Positions 1 to 13,446 of a DNA stretch of 64,000 bases are shown here, in pieces. The first letter of the stretch is position 1; each line of letters starts with the position of its first letter. This DNA is from Balanoglossus misakiensis (Eukaryota > Animalia > Hemichordata). The notes beneath the pieces are model-generated. The model worked only from the letters and a program-made list of their open reading frames with translations, searched no databases and was not told the DNA's origin. The stretch lies in NCBI GenBank assembly GCA_040954595.2, contig CM082582.2, positions 1,470,203-1,534,202 on the forward strand, written 5' to 3'. Both the position numbers and the translations under genes were made by a program.

Positions 1-985
1 AAGCATAAATTAAATTTGGATGCATTTCCTTAACCATATAGCTAGAAATTACTCCCATACCAATACACGGGGAGATACCGTAATTTTGGCTGAAAGTGTG
101 CTAGTCCAACACTATGCTTCATCAAACTGGCTAAGAGATCTATTATTATATATAGACACATGAAGGAAAGTAATGTTGTTTATAGTGAAATAAAACAATA
201 CCTTAGGCCACAAAGAAAAATATAGATCACGACACAAACAGGCTGGAGTTTTTTTCAAAAATGTGTGCATAAGATCATATTGGCCCATGGTAATCAAAGC
301 CAAAGCAGCCCAGTTCCAAATTCGAAACTCAGCTCAGTACCAGAAACTTGCTCAAAGCTACCAAATGCACAGAAAGTTTTGAGAATCTAGATGAAAAATC
401 ACCAAGCGACTAGTGCGCTTGTCTATGTTCAATGTGTTTTCCCTGGTAACAACATGTACTTCTGCCACCATGCCATGAGATATACTGACAGCCACGTTTG
501 AAACATTTTAGTATACTGATATTCAAAGTTTAAATGTAAAGGCTTACTTTTCTATAGTAAAATAAATGTTTTATAATTGCCAACAATTTACATTCTTGCG
601 CTAATCAGTTGTATGAAAAGTGAGGTGGATCAAATGTAAGTTTCATTTTCACAACAAACATTAAGAAATCATTGTACAGTGTTACGTAGATGTCAAAGTG
701 TGTGTACACCTGTCGTTTACAGATATGATGTCAGTTTCACTTGTCACCTAACTGCCATGTTTGTGGTATACCCATGTGGACCACTTTACTGCAGTACTGA
801 TGTAAATGGAGTTTCAAGATCGCTGTTACAGATTTCTCTGATTCGTATTCCACGTACATTATCGCAGCACAGTCTGACCCTATATTATACCATGTTTTGC
901 ATATTTTCACTAATTAGTATGGCCCAAATAATTCTAAAGCAAGGTTGATTGGTTACTAATTGATAAGCATATATTTGATTCACAG

Positions 986-1058
986 TCTTAAACACAGCAT
1001 TTCAACGTATGCCGGAGGAGGAAGAGAATACCTAGGCCTGATCCAAGACCGCTTTCCG
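986..1058 (+). CDS. candidate isolated coding exon of an unidentified plus-strand gene (LKHSISTYAGGGREYLGLIQDRFP)
   Basis: Bounded by ttgattcacag and gtaagc; one stop-free frame; higher GC than the flanks. No partner exons or recognisable domain found. Confidence 0.3.
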
Positions 1059-4000
1059 GTAAGCACAACTTGCTGTATACATGCTCCATAGCTTGTTTGT
1101 AAAGGCTACCTTTTCCCATCAAATAGTGAAGTCGCCCTTTCAAAATTATGGTGGTGGTAAGCCACAACTGGTTATCATGGAGAGCCCCATATAAACTTAC
1201 CAGCCCACGCTAGCCATGACTTTACAAATGTTTCCGTCATACTATGCAGAAAATTCTGGCTGCCTTAAATAGGTTTTCACTTTGCGCTAGGGGGTCAAAT
1301 CACATTGCATTCTGGGCGAAAAGTCTACAACCCACTGTAGTAAGAGGTGGAAGAAATGATACATTTTGTGTATTTCATGCTTTGGTCAAACATGTCTGTC
1401 TCCGTAGTTAGCATATTAAACTCATTAAATGTTTTTCACATTTTGTTATTTTGTCTGTTATGACCCATTATCACTTTAGCTTTAGCTTAGGCTCCATTCA
1501 CAAACACCTCTGGATGGGGGGGGGGGGGGGGGGGGGGGGGGGAAATTCAATTTTTTTACTGCTAATTTTCACATGCCCCCCCCCTGTACACAACCCAAAA
1601 TATTTTCAAATCCCCCACCCCCTTCTGAACTGCCAAAATTTTAAAATCCCCCCCCCATTTTCTTTCACAGAGCAAAACACATCACTTATCTATCTTGTAA
1701 AAAAGAAAAACAGCGCTCCCATGAAAAGACTTTGAAACTGATGTTTCCCCTCATCAGTGGGTATTAAAACTGAACATGGTTTTTATTTTTTAAGTATTTG
1801 TATTCTGTGTTGGGAGACATTGTAAACCGGGAATTGAAGGGGGTGGGTGTGGGAAGGGGTGTCCCCCTCCCACGTAAGAAAATGTTATAAAATACAGAGC
1901 TCAAAGCTGCATTTTTATGAACCCGGCAAAAGCAAATTAACTCAACTACCAGTATGTTGGGGAGGATAAATTTAACCGTCGCCGCTCAAAGTTATCATGG
2001 GGTGGGGGCAAGTCCCCTGACATGGGACACTAGATAAACCAGTTAATGATTGAAAGGTGTTGATGAAATAGCTACATGCCTATTGTTAACAAGCAGCTGA
2101 CTGTACTGAAAGAATGGAAGTGTTGTGTACCTATTTTACATATTCAATATTTGTAATTAGACCATGTCATGTATATCTTGGGGATTGCTCGATCGCAATG
2201 TCTCTGCTGGTACAATGTCCTTTTAACTTGTACAGTAATATGGTAGTGATTGTAAGTTTGTGTACGGCATTTGTAAGTTATTTTCAATTTATAATTTTTT
2301 TGTAAGTTTCTTCATTCTCAAATTGCTTGCCTAACGTACTGCTTTAAAATTTAAATTTTGGTATGATTTTGAGTAGACTTTTTGTTTCAAAATTATTTTC
2401 GACACTTGACATTTTTGGGTGATATGATTTTACATGGAAAATCTGATTTCCCTGTAATTCGGTTGACAGGATTTTCACAATATCTCTAAATCATGAAGTA
2501 CATGTATCAGAATTGCATCAGGCCCCCAAAATTCTAGTCGCCCTTGGCAAGTAATATTAGCCATTGTTGTCCAAGGACGTTGAAGGTACAATTGGTTTTT
2601 AAACTTACTATGTAGGCATTTTATCAGAATTATTAGGTCCCATTTGGTGCAGGTATATGTATTTATACCATGGGACCTTATGGGATCAGTTGCACCTGTA
2701 TATATGGATGTCTGTATGGATGTTTGTCTGTATGTCTATCAATATCAAACACTTGGAAACCACTGGCATGTGACCTTGATATTTAGTGTGGAGATGCAGG
2801 CAGGGCATTAAGTGGGAGTTGTCAAAATGAACTTGTCATTGCCAAAATATGCAAATTAGCTGGGAAAGTGTCAAATTCGTCCAAACTCGGGAACTCGACA
2901 ACTACTGAGCAAATTGCTTTCAAAATTGAAAATTGGTATTCCTGTAAGTTATGTTAACCTCACACAGTTCTATATGTTGTGAGCTAATGTGAATTTTCGA
3001 TTTTTTATGTATTTTTTGTCTCTTTCCACATTATCGGTAGAAAATCTGCTTTTCTGGAATTGATCAGCTGACTTATTTGAAATTTAGTATGAAGCTTCAT
3101 AGGTGATCTGAGTTATCATAGTTTTGTAAGGTCCCATTTGCTTTACCATGGGACCTTATGATATCGGTGGATGTATGTATGTATGTATGTCTGTATGTCC
3201 GTCCACATCACAAACTTGAAAACCGCTGGGCATATGACCTCGATATTTGGTGTGTAGATGCAGGCCAGGCTGAAGATTGGAGTTTGTTCAAATGAAGCTG
3301 TCATTGCCAAAAATATGCAAATTAGCTAGGAAAATGTGAAATTGGTCAAAACTCAAACTCAACAACCACTGGTCACATTCATTTGAAAATCAGTATGCAT
3401 GTACCTTATGTCTACCTCAAACAGTCCTGTATGTTTTGAGCTAATATTATCGATTTTTAATTTTTTATGCCAAAAATCTTTTATGCATTTTTTGTATTAT
3501 TCCACATTATTGGTAAAGAAATCATCATTTCTTAAAGTTATAGGCCTCATTCTTTGAATTTTAGTATGAAGCTTCTAATGGTTGTCTGAGTAACCAAAGT
3601 TTTGTTCAAATTGTTGAAAAATTTGCATATTTTAATTTTGAGCAATTTTTGCCACTTTTGGTCATTTTTTTTTCTTTAAAACTGCATGCCAGATTGATTT
3701 GGTAGGCATATTCCTAAGGGTAAACTGAGTAAGATGTTGTAAAAATGTTTTAGTATATATTGTGTTATTGGGGAAGGGGGGGGGGGGGGTTACTCAAACA
3801 TTTATAACACCCAGCAACTTTTGGTACTGGCAGGGTTTGTCCTCCAATGATTTCAACATCCTGCTAGGAATACAACCTCTCCTCAACTTTATAAATATAG
3901 GGCATGACATTGCAGGTTTTTTGAGAACACTGTTTAAAATAACCCTCATCAAGCCTGTTAACTTATTTAGACAGACTATTATCCAGAATGAAACGAAACA

Positions 4001-5224
4001 TGGATGCAATAAAAAGATCTTGTGCAATAAAAACCAAGTTGATCATAACAATTATTTGCTAAGTACAACATGTACATCACTAATAGAAGTTATGGCTATA
4101 AGCATAAACCTGTTTGTTTTGCTATCTTCACTATTCATATTATCTGACTATATTAATACATTTGCAAGCATACTGTTTCAGACATAGCGAATTTGATAAA
4201 CATCTACAAATATATTTTTACCTGTTGAAGTTATCAAAATCCAGACACTTGACAAAAGGACATTTTTCATCCCCTCTATAGATTGATAGTCTAACATAGC
4301 AGGCAATCTGTTTTTAACAATTGCAGAAGCCTTCATAAAAAGTTGTTGGCCAGAATGAAAGCTTAGGGGGACGTAGGATTTCCTACTTTTTAGGTTATTT
4401 TTTCTATGGCCCCAAAAAGCTATGACAAAAAATTGATGACCCCCTTGGAATTTATAATTCCCCCCCCCCCTATCATACCCTGTCCATATTCTTATAAATG
4501 TCAATAAATGCCATACAGTCCTGTATGTTTTGTTTTGAGCTAATATTATGAATTTTCTATTTTTATTGTTTTGTCTTTTACTGCATTATTGGTAAAGAAA
4601 AATCTTCCTTTCTGAAAGCCATAGTTTTTGTTCAAATTGCAAATTGTTGTGAAATTGGTATATTTATAATTTTGAGCAATTTTGTAATTTTTGCTCAGAA
4701 TGCAGATTCCTAGGGGGGTAACCCAAGTAAGGTGTTGTAAAAGAATTGTTTAAAAAATAAAAATATATTTGTAGATGGTTATCAAATTCGCTGTGTCTGA
4801 AAGCGCTTGTCAGATTGCTTTGAACTTTGACAGGAATGTTCCTTGTAGTGATTTAAGTAAGATGGTGTACAATTATAGTGATTTTTGCATATTTGTGTTT
4901 TTGCCACTTTTGAACAAATGTAGTTTTGTTTAACCCCCATCTTACCCTATCCATATTCAAATAAATATGAAAAGAAATTTCTCACAGATATTATTTACTT
5001 TGATAATACTATCATTTGTGCAACAACTAATCAATCAAACAGTCAATAATCATAAATTGGGAGTTCAAAAATATCTATAAGGGAGATTTAAAACCCCGTT
5101 AGCAACAACTGTTTGCCATGTTTTCAGTATTAATGTTTTGTGTAGCTTCTGCAGTTTTTAGGTCCCATATGGTATGTACCATGGGCCTTATGGAATCAGT
5201 TGCGTCTGTGTTTATGTATGGATG

Positions 5225-5426
5225 TACTGTATTTTCGCGAGTTAAATTTTTCGCGATATCGAGAGAGGCCACTGTTTCGCGAGTATTAATTTTCGCGTTC
5301 TCTTATTTCATTCACTGCATCGTTATCTTCAAAAACAATTTACGCGACTTTTTATTTTCACGTTATTTTGGCTCTCGCGTATTTGGCGAAAATTAATTGC
5401 TCGCGAAAATAAAGTGTTTTACAGTA
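5225..5426. mobile_element. ~200-bp MITE (TACTGTA...TACAGTA family) nested in a HINE microsatellite
   Basis: Terminal inverted repeats and internal tttcgcga motifs. Other copies at ~23478-23672, 26285-26495, ~26724-26922, 26965-27174 and 32461-32655. Confidence 0.75.
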
Positions 5427-7121
5427 TGTCTGTCTGTTTGTATGGATGTATGTCTGTATGTCCGTCCACATCTAAAACTTGAAAACCGTTGTGCATATCA
5501 CCTCGATATTTGGTGTGCAGATGCAGGCTGGGCTGTAGATTGGAGTTTGTTAACATGAAAATGTCATTACCAAATATATGCAAATTAGCTGGAAAATGTG
5601 AAATTGGTCAAAACTCGCAAAATTCAACAACTGCTGGTCAGATTGATTTGGAAATTGGTATGCAAGTACCTTATGCCTACCTCATACAGTCCTGTATGTT
5701 TTGAGCTAATTTTGATTTTCTATTTTTGATGCATTTGTTTGTATTATTCAACATTATTGGTAAAAAATCTTCATATGAATCTAAAATTACCGTCGAATCA
5801 TCCAGTGTGAGTTAGCACTGTAATTAGCAAAAGTTATAAATCCACAGTTACCCAGCAAATTTGATATAATGCTTCACATAGGTATTGGTTTTGAACATCC
5901 TTCAGAAAGGGTATGAATATTTTAAATTTTTTACTGTTGCAACCCAGACTAGTTTATTTCTGAATAAACAGAGAAATGACAACCGGATAGATTATTCTTC
6001 TGTACTAAAGACATATGCAGACACAAGAAATAGTCTGAACATTTTCAGTACATTACTAAAACAGTGTCGGTACATTGTACTATAAACTGAGGAAGATTAG
6101 TGACTATTGTTTGCCAAAAATGGTCCCAAGTCATTTCTCAAGCATAGCAGAATAGTAGCTTTGAGTAGCAAAGTGTGATGATTTAAAATGTAAAAAGACA
6201 ACACCAATCTCTAGCTCTGCTCTCAGCACTGCAAAAGTTATCTGACAGGTAGATAGATGTTCAGTCATCCTATGTCTGTCAACATTTTTCTTTTCTGAAA
6301 TCACTGGCGCAAGTGCTTTTAAAATTGGTGTGCAGGTTTCTTGGGGTGGCGAAGTAATGTGTGTTCAAATTGTGTTGAATTCTGCATATTTGTAGTTTGG
6401 AACAAGTTTTTTGCTGTTTTTGGAAGAAAAAAGCTAAGCTCGTAGATTACTTTGACTATGCAGGTTTCTAGGTATGACACAAGTTGTTTCTTCAAAATAT
6501 GGTGAAATTTGCATATTTGGGGGGAAATTTTCTCTGAAATTTAGTATTGATCTCCCTGAGGTATGTGACATAATCTGTAATTTTGTATTTTGGAGACAGT
6601 TGCCTTTTTGTACAAACAAAAAATCTTGTCAGAATATGCATGTCTGATTGCCATGTCCACAGGGGTGATCTACTTTTATTTACATTATAACCGAATCTGT
6701 AAAGTTTTCATAATGATCTTTAAAATAGGTACGTCTAATTGTTTTGATCTTTGGTATGAATTGTCCCTTGGTGATCTTAGTCAATGCTTTTGAAATTCCG
6801 CTGAATATTGCATTATTATTTTGTCTAAGTCTGAAGAGTAGTCATCATCTCTGAAACCCCTTGACCTAAGTCAGGTGTCAAATAGTACAATTTGCAGATT
6901 TGTTGCATTGGAGATATTGTTGCAGTTTTTGAAATTCAAGATGGCTGCCAATGTCTGTGTTAACTCTATGGAAAAACATTTATGTAAATACTTTTCTGAA
7001 AACAAGGCGGTGAACATCACATTTTTGTTTACAAACAGTAATAGAAATAGCTATCATTGTTTCTGAAAATCCTAACTTGTAGGATTCTTTTTCAATCTCT
7101 GGCATCAGCAGAGACAATTAA

Positions 7122-7854
7122 GGTGGCATTGCATGAAAAGTTGTGATTTTTGCCAAATTTTACTTTTTTACATAAATCGGTAGGCCTAATACTCACCCAC
7201 ATCCTGACTAATACGTCTTGGCGGAAATGGTGCACAATCACCCCCAAATAGCACTTTTCTGAATGAGTTCACAGCTTAACAAATAGGTGTCAACAATGCA
7301 AATGGCCGTTTTTCTCGGTTTGCATTTTCGCTGCTTTTGACAACTTCGGACTAAAATAGCTTCGCCCTGCATTGGCCGAATTTGCTCAAATTTTGACAGG
7401 GAATTGTGTATGACCCATCCAACAAAAAGCTAGTTTTGTATGTCGATAAAGTGTCCCTAGCGGGAATAAACTCTGATTCAATACAACTCACCGTGAATTT
7501 GATCAAATTTTCAGAAAATCTAACTTTCAAACGCTGTTACTCCTCAATGGAAGCAGATAACGCAAAACAAAATTAGCGTTTTTTTGCACGTGTACTTTAG
7601 TTTCGAATGACATATTAAGATGCATGATGCATGGTCAACTTTTTTACCTATTTTAAATTTCATGACATAATATCAAAAAATGGGTTTTTTCGCCCAAAAT
7701 CGCCACCATTTCCGGGGATCAATAATATTTGCAACTCAAACAAAAGTTCAAAATCTCAGCTTCCAGAATATATATGGTTTATGGGGGTTTAAACTTTGTC
7801 TTTGATGAGAAATAGGCCTCTGAAAAAGTCTCGACGGTTTCATGCAGTGCCACC
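7122..7854. mobile_element. non-autonomous DNA transposon with TTAA target duplication (Kolobok-like)
   Basis: TTAA|GGTGGCATTGCATGAAA ... TTTCATGCAGTGCCACC|TTAA: 17-bp TIR with 1 mismatch and RR..YY termini. Confidence 0.75.
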
Positions 7855-9685
7855 TTAAACAACTCTATAAAAAGTCTTATTGCTTAGTACTGGCACGAGG
7901 TGGTAAAAAGATGTGCAGCTTTTGACTTATTACAGGCTTACACTTTGTTAGTAATATGAGTCCCTATTGGTATTGTGCTGGGTTTTTAGGAGCTTGGGCC
8001 CCATTCCCTGGATATTTTTTACACCTTGCTCTGAAAACCTGCCACACCTATGCTTCTTGAATTTGTCACAGTTGTCCTTGCCAATGAGTGTGCACCTTGA
8101 AATTCAAATCAGTCATTTGACCTGGCAGCCATATTCAGTTGAAATTGTTAAATAAATGCAAATTAGCTGGGAAAATTTGAAATTGGTCAAAACCACTGGT
8201 CAGATTGATTTGACAATTGGTATGCAAGTACCTTATGTCAACCACATACAGTCCTGTATTTTGAATAGTTTGAATGTTCTATTTTTATGCATTTTTTGCC
8301 TTTTTCCTCATTTTTGGTAAAACATCTACTTTTCTAAAATTGATGAGACGACTTCTTTGAAATTTAGTATGAAGCTTCATATAGGTGATATGAGTTAGCA
8401 TACTTTTGTTAAAATGTTGCAAAATTTGCATATTCATAATTTTGGAGCAATTTCGGCCGTTTTTGAATTTTTTTTTTAAACCGGTTGTTACATTGCTTTG
8501 AAATTTGTTAGTCATATTAGGGGTAGCCCAAGTAAGATTTGCATGTATGTTTTTCAAATCAACTTGATGAATTGAATAGTATATTTTTGGGATGATTTTT
8601 GCCATTTTCGGTCAAAACTCTTCTCAGAACCCCCCACAGTACGTGAAATATCCCATGAATCACTCTGGTTTGTACAACCAGAGATTACTCGGTCAAACCA
8701 GGCAAAGTTCACATGTGTAGAGAAAATTGTAGACCACTAATACAAATTTTGAGAGCATGCTTTAAAGGCGAATCTTATTGTCAATTACCATTTCAAATGA
8801 TAAACAAAATCATGCATTATTGAAAGAGGAGATACAAATTTTATAAAATAAGCAATTGCATAGCCAGCCGATACAAAAAAGTTTGAAGTAAAACAGGGAC
8901 ACTTGAAACACTTGTTTAATCAAACAAAACGATATTGATTTTTTTCTATAGACAGAACAATGGAAATTTACATGTTAACTTTCAACAGAGACTGGCCACC
9001 TCAGTTAGTCATTGCTTCTTTCCTCCTAAGTGTGACATTTGACGTACATGAATGAATACTTTGATTTCTATGGCTTTTAAATCTTGATTTTGAAATTTTC
9101 ACTCTAATTCCTCAACATACTTTTTCTAGATAAATCTTAATACAGTTATATGTACTTCATATCATTGTTAGTATCTAAAACAGAAAGTAATTAAATGGAC
9201 AATCTCGATGATACAAATCATGGAGAGTTGTGGGTAAAATATCGTACTGTGCCCCCTTTACCCCCACTGCTTTGAAATTTGATTTGAAGGTTTCAGGGTT
9301 TGTTCTCATGATAATTTACAGATTGATTTGACAATTGGTATGCAAGTACCTTATGTCAACCACATACAATCCTGTATTTTTTTAACTAATAGTTTGAATG
9401 TTCTATTTTATGCATTTTTTGCCTTTTTCCTCATTTGTGGTAAAAAAATTTAGTATGAAGCTTCATGTAGGTGATATGAGTTACAATACTTTTGTTGAAA
9501 TGTTGCAAAATTTGCATATTGATAATTTTGGAGCAATTTCAGCCTTGTTTAATTATTTTTTTTTCTCTAAAACCGCTTGTTCCATTGCTTTAAAATTTGT
9601 TAGTCATGTTAGGGGTAGCTCAAGTAAGATTTGCATGTATGTTTTTCAAATCAACTTGATGAATTGAATAGTATATTTTTGGGGG

Positions 9686-9983
9686 ATCAAATCAAATCAA
9701 ATCAAAACAAACATTTATAAAGCGCCAGAATCAATAACAATGTTATTTCCAAAGGCGCTGAAAGTATAACATCAGTGTTCGTAGGCTTTGACAAATAGAA
9801 ATGTCTTGAGTTTTTGTTTGAAAATGTTGAGACTAGAAGCCTGTTGAATGTCAGATGGCAGAGAATTCCAAAGTTGTGGCGCGACAAGGGAAAAGGCACA
9901 TCCACCATATGTTTTGAGTCTGTACTTTGGTACACACAACTGGTTCCTTGAGCTGGAGCGCAGAGCCCGACTAGGCTTATATG
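9686..9983 (-). mobile_element. 3' end fragment of an L2/Crack-type LINE
   Basis: C-terminal ORF2 motif YKPSRALRSS...AFSLVAPQLWNSLP...FKQKLKTFLF, followed by a short 3' UTR and a (TTTGA)n tail. Confidence 0.85.
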
Positions 9984-10761
9984 ATTTTTGATTTGATTTG
10001 GTTTCAGGGTGATTTCTCATGATGATTTACAAAACCTATGACTGATTACTTTGAAATTTGAGTAGGAAGTTAATTGGATGTGTTTGTTTAGATAATGGAA
10101 TCAAATAAAGTTATTCATTCTTCACCTTCATTCTTCACCTCATTTCATTTATTGGCTGGTTTGTCTATTGTATCAGGGAAGAGTACTTGCCATCCCACCC
10201 CACCGATGCAAACTTTGAGTGGCAAAAGTAAAATTTGTCATAACATTGAGTTAATTTGCTTTTGGGCTCACTAAAATGCAACTTTGAGCTCTGTATTTGT
10301 ACAAAATTTTCATTAATTGGCTGGTTTGTCTATTGTACCAGGCCAGCATACATAAGATCAAGATGTTTTCGGGGCTGGGGGGGGCATCATATTTTATTGC
10401 CTCTCTATGTGTGTGTCTGTCTGTCTGTACTCCTGTGTAGACTTTTTCTAGTGTAATCACTAAATGAGACCACAGTGTCCTTGACGCTATTTTTTGCGAT
10501 TTTCAATGACCCTGGGGTAACCTTTGACCAGCTTTCATATATCTTGGTATTCACAGCAGAATACAGCCTTGGCATACCCTGGTAACCATGGGAACCGTTT
10601 GGGCCCAACCAATGGTGCTGGCAGCGTTAATTTTTAAATGATTTCTTCTTGTCGTTTTCTTTATCAATATGATGACTTGACCTAATCAGATTATTAAAAT
10701 AATTTCATTCTTTTTTTACATTAGGTTCTTTGGTAACACTGCTGCTGGAGGGAGTGTAATA

Positions 10762-11520
10762 TTTGTAACGACGTCGCCACCTAATACTGTACTGGAGGTA
10801 TGAACTTAAACTTGTAACGACGTCGCCACCTAATACTGTACTGGAGGTATGAAGTTAATACTTGTAACGACGCCGCCACCTAATACTGTACTGGAGGTAT
10901 GAAGTTAATACTTGTAACGACGCCGCCACCTAATACTGTACTGGAGAGATGAAGTTAATACTTGTAACGACGCCGCCACCTAATACTGTACTGGAGAGAT
11001 GAAGTTAATACTTGTAACGACGCCGCCACCTAATACTGTACTGGAGAGATGAAGTTAATACTTGTAACGACGCCGCCACCTAATACTGTACTGGAGAGAT
11101 GAAGTTAATACTTGTAACGACGCCGCCACCTAATACTGTACTGGAGAGATGAAGTTAATACTTGTAACGACGCCGCCACCTAATACTGTACTGGAGAGAT
11201 GAAGTTAATACTTGTAACGACGCCGCCACCTAATACTGTACTGGAGAGATGAAGTTAATACTTGTAACGACGCCGCCACCTAATACTGTACTGGAGGGAT
11301 GAACTTAAACTTGTAACGACGCCGCCACCTAATACTGTACTGGAGAGATGAAGTTAATACTTGTAACGACGCCGCCACCTAATACTGTACTGGAGAGATG
11401 AAGTTAATACTTGTAACGCCGCCGCCACCTAATACTGTACTGGAGAGATGAACTTAATACTTGTAACGACGCCGCCACCTTATTCTGTACTGGAGGGATG
11501 AACTTAAACCTGTAACGACG
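10762..11520. repeat. 50-bp minisatellite, ~15 copies
   Basis: Unit cttgtaacgacgccgccacctaatactgtactggagagatgaagttaata; central copies identical, edge copies diverged. Confidence 0.95.
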
Positions 11521-11704
11521 CCAGATGATGCTCCTGTGACCAGAGGGATGAACGACGCCATGATTTGTTGATCTAATCTAATTAATAATATTCATTCTTT
11601 TTTTTCAATAGGTTCATTGGTATTATCATCGCCGGAGGGAGTCTAATCAATATCTACAACAACGCCGCACCAGATAACAATATCAAAACCAGAGGGATGC
11701 TGTC

Positions 11705-11885
11705 AATAGGTTAGGCTAATAAAAATGGTTTAATCTGAGGGAATGGTAAAGGGTTGGTGTATGAATATGTTAGGGTAATAAAAAATGGTATAATCTAACG
11801 GAATGGTGAAGGGTTGGTGTATAAACAGGTTAGGCTAATAAAAATGGTATAATCTAATGAAATGGTGAAGGGTTGGTGTATGATG
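11705..11885. repeat. ~60-bp degenerate tandem repeat, 3 copies
   Basis: Recurring g.ttagg.taataaaaatggt.taatct...gaatggt.aagggttggtgtat. Confidence 0.8.
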
Positions 11886-12305
11886 ACTAATAAGACATTG
11901 TGCACAAGGGTACTATAATAAAACTGTCTGCAAGGGTATAATATTATGGTTTCAAGGGTATGATAAGTAATTAAAATACTATAAAAACATGAGTAATGCC
12001 ACGTGGTAAATAAAAACTGTACATGTACAGAGGGTAAATACCGGTATAATATATAAAGGTGTTAACATCAATGGTGTAATAATAAAAAAAATGGGTAACA
12101 CATGGTTTTGGTGGTATAATAATAATAAAATGGTATTAACTTGATGGTATAAACATTATGGGATGTGTATAAACGGTGTTAATATTACAAAGGTATAATG
12201 ATTAGTTGGGGTGTAATAATAAGAAATTTAAAATCATTGGGTAATTTATTAGTGTCAGGTTGGGTAAAATAATTGTTGCTATGCATTCGTGTAATAATTG
12301 TCTGC

Positions 12306-12501
12306 GGATTTTTTGCAGCGTTACCCGCGTTCGCGTTCTTCATTGCAGGTCGCTCGTCATGTAATGGAATTTCGCCGTGTGCCCGTTTGATTCGCCGATG
12401 GATTTTTTACAACGTTACCCGCGTTCGCGTTCTTCATCGCAGTTGGATCGTCGTGTAATGGAATTTCGCCGTGTGCCCGTTTGATTCGCCGATGGATTTT
12501 T
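12306..12501. repeat. ~90-bp CpG-rich tandem duplication, 2 copies
   Basis: cgttacccgcgttcgcgttcttcat...tgtaatggaatttcgccgtgtgcccgtttgattcgccgatggattttt occurs twice. Confidence 0.85.
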
Positions 12502-12929
12502 TGCTTTCGTCATCGTAATTCCCGCATCAACACGAATCCTCAATCTCGCGTAACAACAATACATCAAAATGTACACAGAAAAATAGGAGTCGGCAAGACA
12601 ATTCTGGTTAGTTTGAGCCCCAACCTTTTAAAATTCACAACGGGGGAGGGGGCAGTTTTTCCTCATTTTATATTTGGCTCGAGGTTTTTAACTGTCCCCA
12701 GGCGCGTAAAGTTAGTTAGTTTATCACACAGTATGTAATTATCTTGCTTGATTTAAAAAAACACTAAAATTGTATGGGGGAGCTTCTTGCGATTTGCACT
12801 TAAGAAACTGATGGTTTGTACCCATAGATAATATTTAGTATTAAGCACATAATTGCCTGGAAATAAAAATTAACTCAAGGGTAGAATGCAACAGTTAATT
12901 TTGTGCAATATCAACAGGAGCTATTTTGG

Positions 12930-13035
12930 CACATTATTTCAGTTTGATAAACACTGTTTTTGCTCATTGTTTCATTTCGACCACATTATTTCAGTTTGAT
13001 AAACACTGTTTTTGCTTATTGTTTCATTTCAACCA
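12930..13035. repeat. 52-bp tandem duplication
   Basis: cacattatttcagtttgataaacactgtttttgct.attgtttcatttc.ac occurs twice. Confidence 0.85.
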
Positions 13036-13169
13036 CTTTTGTCACCTTGTTTTAAATTGAATGCAAGCATTGTTTCTGTTTGACCACTACTTGGGGTAAT
13101 TGTTCCAAATTGGTATGCAAGATATTTTACATCAGCAGTTAGCCATCTAGCCACACTTTAGCTGCACAG

Positions 13170-13297
13170 CATATGAAAAATAATGAAATTCATGCAAAAA
13201 GCAAAAAAGTATTATGGGTATAATGCCATTGCAGCATTGGCGGTTCGACTCCGTCGATACTTACTTTGAAGCATAAGTCTTCATTATTTTTCATATG
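13170..13297. other. 128-bp fold-back element with a branched (T-shaped / tRNA-like) apex
   Basis: 18-bp perfect inverted repeat catatgaaaaataatgaa/ttcattatttttcatatg enclosing two 5-bp stem, 7-nt loop hairpins, one containing GGTTCGACTCC. Confidence 0.6.
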
Positions 13298-13446
13298 TAA
13301 TAAATAAAACTCTTCCAAATTCATATCTTTGTTTTAAGTTTGTGCTTTTGCTTCAGTTAGGGGGCCCACATTTACCAAACCTGTCTTGCCATCTTTTCAC
13401 ATTTCTTCAAATATGCAGCGCCAGCGGTAGGCAGTATTTGATCAAA

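Larger units (their letters stand above)
2633..9685 (+). mobile_element. cluster of nested, fragmented Helentron/HINE (DINE-1/Tsp/Pearl-like) non-autonomous elements
   Basis: The same module recurs at ~2633, ~3127 and ~5157: short hairpin ggtccca...tgggacc, then (TGTA/TGTC)n microsatellite, then core 'aacttgaaaacc...gatatttggtgtg.agatgcagg...aatatgcaaattagct'. Core fragments also occur at ~4510, ~6270, ~8100-8620 and ~9320-9685. Superfamily assignment is inferred from architecture only. Confidence 0.6.

Noticed and set aside
1516-1542. Long poly-G run as a functional G-quadruplex element
   Set aside because: It lies within a MITE-like repeat with poly-G/poly-C tracts, and similar runs are scattered through the window.
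3794-4360. Possible Penelope/GIY-YIG zinc-linker remnant (GYFKQCSQKTC/MSCPIF with a frameshift) on the minus strand
   Set aside because: It needs an assumed frameshift, and no RT or GIY-YIG motif is nearby.
13207-13263. Functional tRNA-Gln(TTG) gene
   Set aside because: No D arm or variable region, loop lacks U33, and it is embedded in a longer fold-back; kept only as a structural finding.
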